DNA of 64,000 nt from IMG/VR virus record IMGVR_UViG_3300042673_001922, positions 62,001 through 126,000 of that record; one strand, given 5' to 3'. Origin of the DNA: an uncultured virus (IMG/VR IMGVR_UViG_3300042673_001922) (lineage: Duplodnaviria; Heunggongvirae; Uroviricota; Caudoviricetes). The position numbers were made by a program, and so were the translations under genes. The notes under the pieces were generated by a model. It was not told where the DNA came from. It saw nothing but the letters and a program-made list of their open reading frames with translations, and did not search any database. Position 1 is the stretch's first letter; each line of letters opens with the position of its first letter. Below are positions 10,373 to 19,588 of this stretch, piece by piece.

Positions 10373-11071
10373 TTAAAACTTTAACACTTGACTATAAAAA
10401 GATTGCTTAAGTCTTTCTTCGTCTGAAGCATTACTGATTCTTTTTAATATATCTGAGTAGCTAAGATATTGCCAGCATAGTGGTGGATATATTACGTAGG
10501 CATTTATGTTCTTTTGTTCATTTGCAAGATGAACATCACACGGTTTGCTGAAGTCGTTAAATTTTGATATAAACAGATCATAAATACTTTCATTAAATGC
10601 AATTGCATGTGTTGTCACCGTGTAGTTACACTTATAGACATTTTCAGAAATTTTTGTAGGCTTTTCCACATGATGGCCACCAAGATATAAAATATCCCAA
10701 TCTTTTGGAAGTTCGTTGTTAAAAATTTTTATAAATTTATATAGAAAATTTTCAGAAAACTCTATATCATCCTCAAAAACTATATAATTTTTTAACTTTA
10801 AGTATTTAGCCATCTTCATTATATGTAAATGTGACATACTGCAGCCTAAAGCTCCAGGAGTTCCAATACTGTCTGATATTGGTTTTAATTCTAAATTAAA
10901 AAGAGAACCATCAATTGCGGCAATTCTTTCAACCTCAATGTTTAATAGTTTGAATTGACTCCTGGCACGCTGCCACCTATCTTGTCTTCTTTCTAAGTTA
11001 ATACAAAAAGCTTTATCAAAAAAAAGATTTTTTGTATTATCATTCATTTGGTTCACCTTTACCTGTATCAT
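10373..11071 (-). CDS. glycosyltransferase family 25
   Basis: CINLERRQDR, AAIDG, GALGCSMSH, VFEDD, WDILYLG. Confidence 0.88.
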   Translation of the reverse strand: MIQVKVNQMNDNTKNLFFDKAFCINLERRQDRWQRARSQFKLLNIEVERIAAIDGSLFNLELKPISDSIGTPGALGCSMSHLHIMKMAKYLKLKNYIVFEDDIEFSENFLYKFIKIFNNELPKDWDILYLGGHHVEKPTKISENVYKCNYTVTTHAIAFNESIYDLFISKFNDFSKPCDVHLANEQKNINAYVIYPPLCWQYLSYSDILKRISNASDEERLKQSFYSQVLKF

Positions 11072-11164
11072 GTATTATATAATATACTATCATATTTTTT
11101 GTGATATAATATATAATTGTTTTTAAAAAAATTTGTAATTACATAATTTTAGGAAAGGACTAAA

Positions 11165-12046
11165 TTGTCTATACAATCCTACGGATCTTTGTTTGCAGGA
11201 GTTGGTGGAATTGATATAGGTTTAGATTCTGCTGGTTTGCAATGTAAGTTTCAAGTAGAATGGGACAGTAACTGTCTGCAAACTCTTGAATATCATTGGC
11301 CAACCGTTCAGCGTTGGGGTGATATATGTAATGTAGATGGAAAAGGCCTTACACCTGTAGATCTAATTACATTTGGATCCCCTTGTCAAGACTTGTCTAA
11401 CGCAGGAAAAAAAGCTGGGCTAAAAGGTAGTAGGTCTAATCTATTTTTTGAAGCAATTAGAGTCATTAAAGAAATGAAAGAGAGTACGGGTGGAGAATAT
11501 CCAAAGGTCGCAATTTGGGAAAACGTCACTGGAGCCATGTCTTCCAATAGTGGTGACGACTTTGAGGCAGTCATCAAAGAAATGGCAGGCTTGGGGAGTT
11601 ATCACTTGGAATGGTCAGTCCTTGATGCACAGTACTTCGGAGTGCCCCAAAAAAGAAGAAGAGTTTTTGTCATCGCTATCCTCGATCCTTCAATTGCCAG
11701 AAGAAGTCCACAGCAAATATTACCTGTCGAAAAAAGCAGCAAAAGGAATCTTAAGAAGAGTGTCAAACAAGAACAAGAAGATCCCAAAGAACTTGCAAGC
11801 TGCCTTAGAAGTGGTGGCGAAGGAGGAGTACCCTCAAGTAGAGGGGAAAACCTAGTAGTAGATGATAAAGGTGTGCGTAGATTTACTCCAATAGAATGCG
11901 AAAGATTAATGGGCTGGCCCACAAATCACACTTTATATAGAGCTGACGGCAAGACTAATAGCGATAATACTCGTTATAAAATGTGTGGAAATGGCGTAGT
12001 AAGTCCTGTGATAAAATGGGTAATAGACCAAATAAAAAAAATATAG
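11165..12046 (+). CDS. DNA (cytosine-5)-methyltransferase
   Basis: SLFAGVGG (I), GSPCQDLS (IV), WENV (VI), PQKRRRVF (VIII), RRFTPIECERLMGWP (IX), YKMCGNGV (X). Confidence 0.95.
   Translation: MSIQSYGSLFAGVGGIDIGLDSAGLQCKFQVEWDSNCLQTLEYHWPTVQRWGDICNVDGKGLTPVDLITFGSPCQDLSNAGKKAGLKGSRSNLFFEAIRVIKEMKESTGGEYPKVAIWENVTGAMSSNSGDDFEAVIKEMAGLGSYHLEWSVLDAQYFGVPQKRRRVFVIAILDPSIARRSPQQILPVEKSSKRNLKKSVKQEQEDPKELASCLRSGGEGGVPSSRGENLVVDDKGVRRFTPIECERLMGWPTNHTLYRADGKTNSDNTRYKMCGNGVVSPVIKWVIDQIKKI
11490..11855 (+). CDS. overlapping alternative-frame ORF inside the C5 MTase (M.EcoHK31I beta-like)
   Basis: 121-aa ORF with W..G...G...SECP...LSSIL...KYYLSKKAAKGILRR...IP..L..AL, resembling the nested beta polypeptide (recalled, not searched). 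Confidence 0.65.
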   Translation: MENIQRSQFGKTSLEPCLPIVVTTLRQSSKKWQAWGVITWNGQSLMHSTSECPKKEEEFLSSLSSILQLPEEVHSKYYLSKKAAKGILRRVSNKNKKIPKNLQAALEVVAKEEYPQVEGKT

Positions 12047-12058
12047 AAAGATACTATA

Positions 12059-13018
12059 ATGGATGAAAATAATATAGACACTATTTTTGTAGCAATTCCT
12101 GCATTAAATGAATACTTTACTGATACAACTATCCAAGATGCTTATAAAAAAGCTAAGTATCCTTCTAATGTTTTTTTTGGAATATTTAATCAAAAAACTA
12201 ATGAATCTAAATTTGAAGACTTCTCTGAATATCCGAACGTTAGATGTGTTAATGTGTCATACAAAGAGCCATTGGGAGTAGCTTTTGCTAGATTAGCTTG
12301 TACTACCCTGCATAATAATGAGGAATATTTTCTACAAATTGATGCACACACAATCTTTGTAAAAGATTGGGATTCTATTCTAGTTGAAAATATAAAAGAA
12401 TTAAAGAAATATTGCGATAAACCACTGATCTCGCAATCTATATCATGGCATGGTGAAGAAGCATATTTTGATCCGGAGAAGAAGTATATTAATAATTTTA
12501 TGGGAGAAAAAGCTTACCCTCTTTCTGTTAGAGAAGATGGTCTAAGTACTCACGTAGATGAATCTAGGGAACATGAAGAAAAAATATTAGGAAAGTATTT
12601 AGAGCACTACCTTTGTTATGGTGGCGGTGGACTTTTTGGAGATTCAAAATTTTTATATGAAATATCCTATAATCCATTTATCCCTTTCTGTCCAGAACAA
12701 GAAGTAACTGCATTAAGGGCTTCGACAAGAGGGTATAGATTTTTTAGTTCAGACAAAACTGTTATATCAACTTTGGGAAAACATCCAGAAAATGGTTTTA
12801 CTAAAGAAAAATATCCAGACGATAGATTGTTTGCTTTTAATGGAGTTCTTGAAGGTAAAAAAATATATGGAAATTTTGGCTATGATTATCTTTATGGTAA
12901 AAAATTTGGTTTTTGGGGAGCAGAAAATAAAGAAAAATATGATGAATATGTAAAAATATCAAATAATTATTTTGAAGAAAATGATAAGAAATATCAAAAT
13001 TTAAAAAAGGAAAATTAA
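12059..13018 (+). CDS. GT60-like glycosyltransferase, second paralog
   Basis: IFVAIPA, GIFNQKTN, YFLQIDAHTIFVKDWD; clearly similar to 8611..9540. Confidence 0.75.
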   Translation: MDENNIDTIFVAIPALNEYFTDTTIQDAYKKAKYPSNVFFGIFNQKTNESKFEDFSEYPNVRCVNVSYKEPLGVAFARLACTTLHNNEEYFLQIDAHTIFVKDWDSILVENIKELKKYCDKPLISQSISWHGEEAYFDPEKKYINNFMGEKAYPLSVREDGLSTHVDESREHEEKILGKYLEHYLCYGGGGLFGDSKFLYEISYNPFIPFCPEQEVTALRASTRGYRFFSSDKTVISTLGKHPENGFTKEKYPDDRLFAFNGVLEGKKIYGNFGYDYLYGKKFGFWGAENKEKYDEYVKISNNYFEENDKKYQNLKKEN

Positions 13019-13019
13019 A

Positions 13020-13421
13020 ATGACAGATAAATTCAATGTATACTTATACAACGCAGAAGTTAAAAAAATAGTTGATGGAGATACATTTGATATCCTTATT
13101 GACCTAGGATTTGATACTTTTAGAAAAGGTAGAGTAAGATTATATGGAATAAATACTCCAGAGAGTCGCACTTCAAATCTTGAAGAAAAGAAAATGGGAC
13201 TGGCTGCTAAAGAGTTCACAGATCAGTGGATTACTGCTGCGGGTAGCAAAATTAAAATAGAAACAATTCTTGATAAAAATGAGAAGTACGGAAGAATACT
13301 TGCTAGAGTGTGGAACGAAGCAGGAGCTTGTCTGAACACAGATATAGTTGCTGCAGGGTTAGCCAGAGAATATTTTGGTGTAGGCGATAAGACATTCCAG
13401 GAATTCAAGAAAGAAAAGTAA
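13020..13421 (+). CDS. thermonuclease (SNase) family protein
   Basis: IVDGDTFD, RVRLYGINTPE, KYGRILA motifs. Confidence 0.9.
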   Translation: MTDKFNVYLYNAEVKKIVDGDTFDILIDLGFDTFRKGRVRLYGINTPESRTSNLEEKKMGLAAKEFTDQWITAAGSKIKIETILDKNEKYGRILARVWNEAGACLNTDIVAAGLAREYFGVGDKTFQEFKKEK

Positions 13422-13825
13422 TGCAAACATTTTTACCATATCCTGATTTTATTAAGTCAGTTCAAGTATTAGACTATCGCCGGTTAGGAAAACAACGTGT
13501 TGAAACATATCAAGTTCTTAATGTTCTACTCGAAAGAACGCATACGAAAGGTTGGCGTAACCATCCAGTTACTCGTATGTGGGCTGGTTACGAAGAAGCA
13601 CTAAAGGTTTATCAAAACCACACGATTGCTGAGTGGATGAATCGTGGGTATAAAAACAATATGGTATTTGAAGAAGTAGATAGCAGTAATATAGTTCTGC
13701 CATCATGGTTTGGTAATGATCAATTTCATCGTTCACATAGATCAAATCTTCTTAGAAAAGATTATGAATATTATTCTCAGTATTTTGACGATCCGTCAGA
13801 TTTAGAGTATCATTGGCCAGTATGA
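13421..13825 (+). CDS. pyrimidine-dimer DNA glycosylase-like (MSMEG_6728 family)
   Basis: MQTFLPYPDF...LDYRRLGKQRVE...GWRNHPVTRMW...HRSHRSNLLRKD. Confidence 0.85.
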   Translation: MQTFLPYPDFIKSVQVLDYRRLGKQRVETYQVLNVLLERTHTKGWRNHPVTRMWAGYEEALKVYQNHTIAEWMNRGYKNNMVFEEVDSSNIVLPSWFGNDQFHRSHRSNLLRKDYEYYSQYFDDPSDLEYHWPV

Positions 13826-14226
13826 GTGTAACAATATTCTTATCAGGTGCAATGGATTATGTAGGCGAGTACGCAACAAGCTGGCGTAAGGAAGCTACAT
13901 TTTTATTAGATCAACGTGGTTATTCTGTATTGGATCCAACATCTATACCAGAAGACTATTCAATGTCTCCGGAAGAAATTGCACAAAAAAATTTGTTTAT
14001 GCAGAAGAAATCAGATCTTTTGCTGGTAGAATACATGTTAGAAGATAGAGCATACATAGGAACTGACTTTGAGTTAGCATGGGCAAAAATCCATGGCCAG
14101 CCCACAGTTGTTATGTGTGCTAATCAATATAAAGATCGCATATATATGAAATATATGGCAACCAAACTTGCAGACAATCTGCAAGATGCGATAGAATACA
14201 TCGCAGTACATTATCCAACAAAATAG
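13813..14226 (+). CDS. nucleoside 2-deoxyribosyltransferase-like protein
   Basis: IFLSGAM...WR...LDP...SDLLLV...GTDFELAWA. Confidence 0.75.
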   Translation: MASMSVTIFLSGAMDYVGEYATSWRKEATFLLDQRGYSVLDPTSIPEDYSMSPEEIAQKNLFMQKKSDLLLVEYMLEDRAYIGTDFELAWAKIHGQPTVVMCANQYKDRIYMKYMATKLADNLQDAIEYIAVHYPTK

Positions 14227-14240
14227 AAAAGGAAATAAAA

Positions 14241-14423
14241 ATGTCAGATAACAAGTTCAAGTACTTTACTGTTACTACAACTACACTTGTCCGTGCCAAC
14301 AACAAGAGCGATGCCCAGAAGCTTGCTGCTGGTCGACGCAGCGTAACTGGTGAAGTCATGTTCCATGACGTTGAAATTGAGCGCATCTCTGCAGTGGAAG
14401 CACGCCAGCAGATCGAAGCCTAA
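14241..14423 (+). CDS. small hypothetical protein, probably highly expressed
   Basis: AAAGGAAA RBS, CGT/CGC-rich codon usage, followed by a strong hairpin. Confidence 0.7.
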   Translation: MSDNKFKYFTVTTTTLVRANNKSDAQKLAAGRRSVTGEVMFHDVEIERISAVEARQQIEA

Positions 14424-14436
14424 TAATTTTATTAAC

Positions 14437-14470
14437 TATAGGGGAGACTGCTTATGTGGTCTCCCCTATA
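14437..14470 (+). terminator. stem-loop, probable terminator
   Basis: TATAGGGGAGAC...GTCTCCCCTATA inverted repeat. Confidence 0.65.
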
Positions 14471-14488
14471 TTCATTTAAAGGAAAAAT

Positions 14489-15190
14489 ATGATATACGCT
14501 CAAATGGTAGGAAGAAATGAATCTTCTAGATTCTTAGAAGAAGTTTTACAAAGAATATCAAGTCAAGTAGATAAAATAATTTTTACTGATGACTGCTCAA
14601 CCGATGATACTCCAAATATAGCTGCAAAGTATGCAGAGGTATTCTCTACTCCAGAGCCTCTTTTTGCAACTCATGAGGGTAGATTAAGAGCAAATGCCTG
14701 GGGCAACTTAGAGAAGTTTGCTTCTCCTGGAGACTGGGTAATTGCAATTGATTGTGACGAAATGCTTTTTGACATAAACAATATTAATTCTATAGATATA
14801 AAAAGTGTTTTATCTAGGTCAGAATTTGATGTTGTAAATGTTAGATTTTATCATATGTGGAGTGAGACTCATTACAGAGTCGACAAGTTGTGGGCTCCTA
14901 ATAATTCATCTAGAATTTTTAGATTTCAAGAAAATGCAGGCTTTCTCAACAAGGCCTTAGCATGTGGGTCCGAGCCAACTTATGTTTCTCAATGGATGGG
15001 AAACAGAAACTATTGGCTTCACTCTGGTCTAATCATGAAGCACTTAGGTTATACTTATGATGAAGACAAAAAAAGCAAGTATGAAAGATACTCAAATTTA
15101 GATGGCGGAAAATTCCATCAGATTGACCATATCAATTCTATAGTAGATCCTAATCCAGTATTAATCCAGTGGGAAAATTTCGGTATATAA
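14489..15190 (+). CDS. glycosyltransferase family 2-like
   Basis: RNE...TDDCSTD...IAIDCDE...HLGY. Confidence 0.8.
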   Translation: MIYAQMVGRNESSRFLEEVLQRISSQVDKIIFTDDCSTDDTPNIAAKYAEVFSTPEPLFATHEGRLRANAWGNLEKFASPGDWVIAIDCDEMLFDINNINSIDIKSVLSRSEFDVVNVRFYHMWSETHYRVDKLWAPNNSSRIFRFQENAGFLNKALACGSEPTYVSQWMGNRNYWLHSGLIMKHLGYTYDEDKKSKYERYSNLDGGKFHQIDHINSIVDPNPVLIQWENFGI

Positions 15191-15191
15191 A

Positions 15192-15899
15192 ATGGAAGAC
15201 GTTAATAAAATTTTAGATCCAGTAAAGTCAATCATTGCTCTTACTGAAAAAATTGAAAGAAAGAATAAGTTTGCCTATGTAAACATATCAAGATCTGCAA
15301 TTGGTGCAGCTCTAAATACTTCGGAGAAAAAACCTCCTAGATATTTTATAAAGTCACTTTCCAAATGTATGTCGATTGAAGATGAAAACTTCTTGAAAGC
15401 ATTGCCTCTTGAATTCTCTAACGAGATAGAGTCTGGAAAGCTTAATAGCATAGGCTTAAGTAGTAACTCTACATACTATGATGCTGGTATGTTTGAGCAC
15501 TTTTTTTCTAATAAAAAAGAAGTAATTGATATATTTATCAATCACTATATTAGGGATTCTAAGAATGTTATTTTAACATTCCATGATAAAAAAACTGTTG
15601 AAAAGATTTTTGGACAAAACCAATACGTAATCACAGTGCCTTACAATAATTACTATGATAAGCTTGACTCTATTGTTGCTCAGATAAGTGAATTTGAAAA
15701 TGGCGTAGATGCGGTCATACTTGATTGCCCACTGTTGGCAACTGCTATTGCACCCAAGATATGGGAAACTATGAATGTGTCAATAATTGACTTTGGCAAG
15801 TTTATCAGTTCGGCAAAGTTCCATCTAAATATGGATAGACCAAGATTTACAAAAGATGAAGGTAATAAATACCCTAATAAAAGATATGACAAGAAGTAA
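15192..15899 (+). CDS. hypothetical protein, possibly GT-D-fold-like
   Basis: C-terminal VILDCPLLATAIA...IIDFGK resembles GT-D/DUF1792 ends; weak. Confidence 0.45.
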   Translation: MEDVNKILDPVKSIIALTEKIERKNKFAYVNISRSAIGAALNTSEKKPPRYFIKSLSKCMSIEDENFLKALPLEFSNEIESGKLNSIGLSSNSTYYDAGMFEHFFSNKKEVIDIFINHYIRDSKNVILTFHDKKTVEKIFGQNQYVITVPYNNYYDKLDSIVAQISEFENGVDAVILDCPLLATAIAPKIWETMNVSIIDFGKFISSAKFHLNMDRPRFTKDEGNKYPNKRYDKK

Positions 15900-16539
15900 C
15901 TGGGAAGAAGAACAAGACGATACTGAGCTAATTGTAGATTTACTCTTTGAAAGTAGTCTTAGTATATCTGACATAGCAAAAGAAGTAGGTTGGACTGTTA
16001 ATAAAGTAAACCAAAAGATTAACCAACTTGGTCTGTCTTGGTTGAAAAACTCTAGAAAAAAAATGTCTAGAGGTCAGTCCTCCCTTACTTTCATGATGCA
16101 AAAACTCCTTCCGGGAGAAAAAATAATAAATGAATTTTATTTAGAAGATAAATTAAGACTTGATATCTACTGTCCTACCTATAAGTTAGCAGCCGAATAT
16201 CATGGTAGACAGCACTTTTATTACACGGCTAGATTCTATGAATCAAAATATGATTTTTACGAAGCTCAAAAAAGAGATACAAAAAAAGCCGAAATGTGTA
16301 AACAACAAGGCATTGCATTAGTTGTTTTTAGGTATAATGATCAGCTTACAGAACAGTCTGTATTTAATAGAATGCTGCAGGCGATAAAAGATTCACCTTT
16401 TATCAAAGAGCAGAAGGTAAAAAATAATACATATGAATCAGACTTTTATAAATCTATGAAAAAGAAAAAGTCCGAAGAACGTAAGAAAATCTACAGAGCA
16501 ATTAAGGATGAAAAAAAGAATGGTAACAGAAGTTCTTGA
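15856..16539 (+). CDS. HTH plus DUF559/Vsr-like endonuclease
   Basis: SISDIAKEVG HTH; LRLDIY...AAEYHGRQH...QKRD..K...C. Confidence 0.7.
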   Translation: MKVINTLIKDMTRSNWEEEQDDTELIVDLLFESSLSISDIAKEVGWTVNKVNQKINQLGLSWLKNSRKKMSRGQSSLTFMMQKLLPGEKIINEFYLEDKLRLDIYCPTYKLAAEYHGRQHFYYTARFYESKYDFYEAQKRDTKKAEMCKQQGIALVVFRYNDQLTEQSVFNRMLQAIKDSPFIKEQKVKNNTYESDFYKSMKKKKSEERKKIYRAIKDEKKNGNRSS

Positions 16540-17977
16540 AGAAAATTCTGACATACCTATTGAGTATCAGATATTTGCACTCTCTTTAAGAGAAGATGGT
16601 GCTATATCTGCATTCGCAAACGAGCTTGCTCCAGATATAGTTGGGATTAATCATGGTCAAAAAGGTGTTCATGAATTTTACCTAGCACTTCTTGCATACC
16701 ATTCTGTAACTCAGCTATCTATGGTAAATCCTGTAGGTTTTAAAAATTGGCTTGAATCAGAAACAGACATAAGAGAAGGTCTTGGCGGAAACGCTGGCGT
16801 TTCAATTATGATGGACTTACTTTTATCCATTGAGCTTTCAACTGTTGAGTCAGTTATTCAGATAGTAAAGTACAAAGCTAACAAAAAAAAGCAGCTTGAT
16901 TACCTGCAAGAACTTCAGCATATACTATCTCAAAAGGGAGTTAAATCTGAAAAAGATACAGCAAGAATCAATTTACTTACATCAGAAATAAAAGAATTAG
17001 AAAATAGCGTTAACTATGATCCCTTGGAAAAACTTACAACAGCAAACGACATCTCTAATAGGGCTGAAGATCTATTAAATATTCCCAGCTTTCTGCCAAC
17101 GCAGTTTAAAGCTCTTAATAGAGCAATGGGGTACACAGATGACGGTGGGTTCTATAAGGGCGCTGTACACGCAATCATAGCTGCCTCAGGCAAAGGTAAG
17201 AGCACGTTCGCTAAGTGCCTAGTTAATAACTGGGTAGAGTGTGGATATACGGCTTTGTATGTAAACTTTGAAGAGGCTGTTGGTCACTGGGAGAGAATCT
17301 TAATGACTCAGATTATTGGCAAAAATGTCTATGCGGAGTCAGAGAACTGGTCTGAGGATCAGAAGACCTATTACCTTGGTAAGTTTAAAGATAAATTAAG
17401 CCAATGGGGAAATAGGTTACTTGTTAGACATGACCCTGAGACTCCATACTTTGAGGACCTTGAAAAGTGGTTGAGAGATATCATTGACTATGCCAAGACT
17501 CCTGACGTTGTAGTCATAGACACGATACAGTCTATGTTTACAAAGGGTGGCAAAGGTAAGCCTAGGTGGGGCGAGTTTGAAGAGATGATGGTTAAGCTAG
17601 AAAAGCTAGCTAGAGATATGAATTGTGTTGTTATTATTACAGCTCAAGAAAACTCAAATAGAATGAAAGAAAAAAGAGAAGTTGTACAACAATCTGACAC
17701 TGGTGGCTCTTTAGCCATACAACAAAAGTGTGCTGTAACAATATTTATCACACAAAAAAAATTAATTAGTGGTGATGACTCTGAAGATGATAATATAATG
17801 CAGCTGCAAATTCCAAAGAATAGAATAACCGGATCAAGCTTTCTTTATAATCCTCCCTTGGTTAGATATGTGGATTCAAGAAAAGTATATGAAGAGTATG
17901 AACCAGTTACAGAAAATGATTACGACACAAGTTCTCTTTTAGATGAACTATTAGACGATAGCGATTTTGACATATGA
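16508..17977 (+). CDS. dnaB: DnaB-like replicative helicase
   Basis: Walker A AASGKGKST, NFEE, VVIDTIQ, ITAQEN, KNR. Confidence 0.85.
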   Translation: MKKRMVTEVLEENSDIPIEYQIFALSLREDGAISAFANELAPDIVGINHGQKGVHEFYLALLAYHSVTQLSMVNPVGFKNWLESETDIREGLGGNAGVSIMMDLLLSIELSTVESVIQIVKYKANKKKQLDYLQELQHILSQKGVKSEKDTARINLLTSEIKELENSVNYDPLEKLTTANDISNRAEDLLNIPSFLPTQFKALNRAMGYTDDGGFYKGAVHAIIAASGKGKSTFAKCLVNNWVECGYTALYVNFEEAVGHWERILMTQIIGKNVYAESENWSEDQKTYYLGKFKDKLSQWGNRLLVRHDPETPYFEDLEKWLRDIIDYAKTPDVVVIDTIQSMFTKGGKGKPRWGEFEEMMVKLEKLARDMNCVVIITAQENSNRMKEKREVVQQSDTGGSLAIQQKCAVTIFITQKKLISGDDSEDDNIMQLQIPKNRITGSSFLYNPPLVRYVDSRKVYEEYEPVTENDYDTSSLLDELLDDSDFDI

Positions 17978-18753
17978 AAGAATTAACAATAGAAGCAATT
18001 AAGGATTATCAAACTTGTGCTTTACTTTACAGTTATAGGCACGATCAAAAACTTCCTGAGACAATTATGAGCAGAGATTTAATCACTGCAAGATTTGAGA
18101 ATACACTCAAAAGTGTTATCAACTACTTCTTCTATAAAAAACAAGGGGGAATAGTTCCTTCTTATGCATCCCTTTTAAATAGGTGGGAGAAGTTGTGGTT
18201 CAGTAAAGACGCAACAGCTTACGACATAATACATGAACAGCATGAAAGTTTCTACGGAAACACAGCTAGCTTTACATCTAGAGCTTCTGCGTCACTACTT
18301 GACTTTTACAATAAGCATTCAGAATCAAATGCTATACCAATAGCTATTGATCAACAATTCTACCTACCATTAGATAAGTCTATAAAAATTAATAGTAAAT
18401 TTGATTTAATAACGTTTGAAAACAATGAGTACTTTGTTTACAAGTGGGTTTTTAACTTTAGGAATTCACATACATCTCTTTATCAAATGGACTTCTCTAT
18501 ACTTTATGAAGCTTTTAAACATAAGTTTCCAACTAAAATAAGTAAAACAAGATTCGGTCACTACGACTTACTTTCTTCTTCTCAAAAATTTTCTGAATAC
18601 GAGTTAAATGAAGATGATACTAAAGCTTTGAAGTATTGGTGTAGCGTCGTACAAGAGGATGACAAGTATGTGCCAAGAAGAGGTCTAACCTCGTATTGCA
18701 AAAAGTGTCCTTTTGATAAACCTTGTTCTAACTGGAAAGATTGGGAAGTTTAA
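17974..18753 (+). CDS. PD-(D/E)XK-like protein (possibly inactive nuclease)
   Basis: N-terminal YQTC and C-terminal CKKCPFDKPC Cys pattern; catalytic motif degenerate. Confidence 0.6.
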   Translation: MKELTIEAIKDYQTCALLYSYRHDQKLPETIMSRDLITARFENTLKSVINYFFYKKQGGIVPSYASLLNRWEKLWFSKDATAYDIIHEQHESFYGNTASFTSRASASLLDFYNKHSESNAIPIAIDQQFYLPLDKSIKINSKFDLITFENNEYFVYKWVFNFRNSHTSLYQMDFSILYEAFKHKFPTKISKTRFGHYDLLSSSQKFSEYELNEDDTKALKYWCSVVQEDDKYVPRRGLTSYCKKCPFDKPCSNWKDWEV

Positions 18754-19427
18754 AGTTGGCTAAAGATTCAATATTAGATGAAATTTTAAATAAAGAATCA
18801 GATTCAATTTCTCTTGAAGAGGAATCAAAAATACTTGAACCTTTATTTCATGAAATAGAAATGATATCAGATAGCAATATTAAGAGTTTTGTTAAATCAA
18901 TCTTGCTAAGAGCAGATGGCTTTTGGACTATACCATCAAGCTTCTCTGGAAAGTATCATCCTAGTGATGAACATAATTCTGGGGGAAATGTTCTTCATAC
19001 AAAAAGAGTTGTTAGAACAGCTAAAATAATTTCAGATTCTTATTCTCTATCTTCAGAAGAAAGAGATCTTGTTTACGCTGCGTGCTTATTGCATGACATA
19101 ACTAAGGGTACCTTAGATAACGATAAGAAGCATTTTTTTTATGACCCAATGCATCCCTATACTGTTGGGAAATTCGTTCAACAGTGTCAAGAGTATGATA
19201 AAAAATATGCAGGAGAAGCACAATCTTCTACCCTATTTGTCCCAGAGGAAACTGTTCAATCGATTCTTAGATTAGTTAGATGCCATCTAGGGCCGTGGTC
19301 TCCCGTTCCAGAGACCGTGCCAATTACGTATTTAGATATAATTGTTCACTTATCTGATAATGTTGCATCAAAAGTTCACTATATTGTTGATGGTGAAGAT
19401 ATAATAGAAGAACGATGGAAGATATAA
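18741..19427 (+). CDS. HD-domain phosphohydrolase
   Basis: GKYHP...GGNVLHT...LLHDITK...CHLGPW...HLSD. Confidence 0.85.
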   Translation: MGSLKLAKDSILDEILNKESDSISLEEESKILEPLFHEIEMISDSNIKSFVKSILLRADGFWTIPSSFSGKYHPSDEHNSGGNVLHTKRVVRTAKIISDSYSLSSEERDLVYAACLLHDITKGTLDNDKKHFFYDPMHPYTVGKFVQQCQEYDKKYAGEAQSSTLFVPEETVQSILRLVRCHLGPWSPVPETVPITYLDIIVHLSDNVASKVHYIVDGEDIIEERWKI

Positions 19428-19588
19428 TTAAAGATAGAGTATTAATTAGAAGTTTTGTACTCGACAGCCTAGACTACCTAATAGAAGAGTCAGTTTACTA
19501 TAGGTCTTTTTCAGATCAGATAAAGAATAGTCAGAGATACGTTTTATTTACTTCAGGAAATGAAGAAGGTAGTTGTAAATTGCCATGA
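19415..19588 (+). CDS. small hypothetical protein (57 aa, not in ORF track)
   Basis: MEDIIKDRVLIRSFVLDS...KLP*; ATGA overlap with the primase. Confidence 0.55.
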   Translation: MEDIIKDRVLIRSFVLDSLDYLIEESVYYRSFSDQIKNSQRYVLFTSGNEEGSCKLP

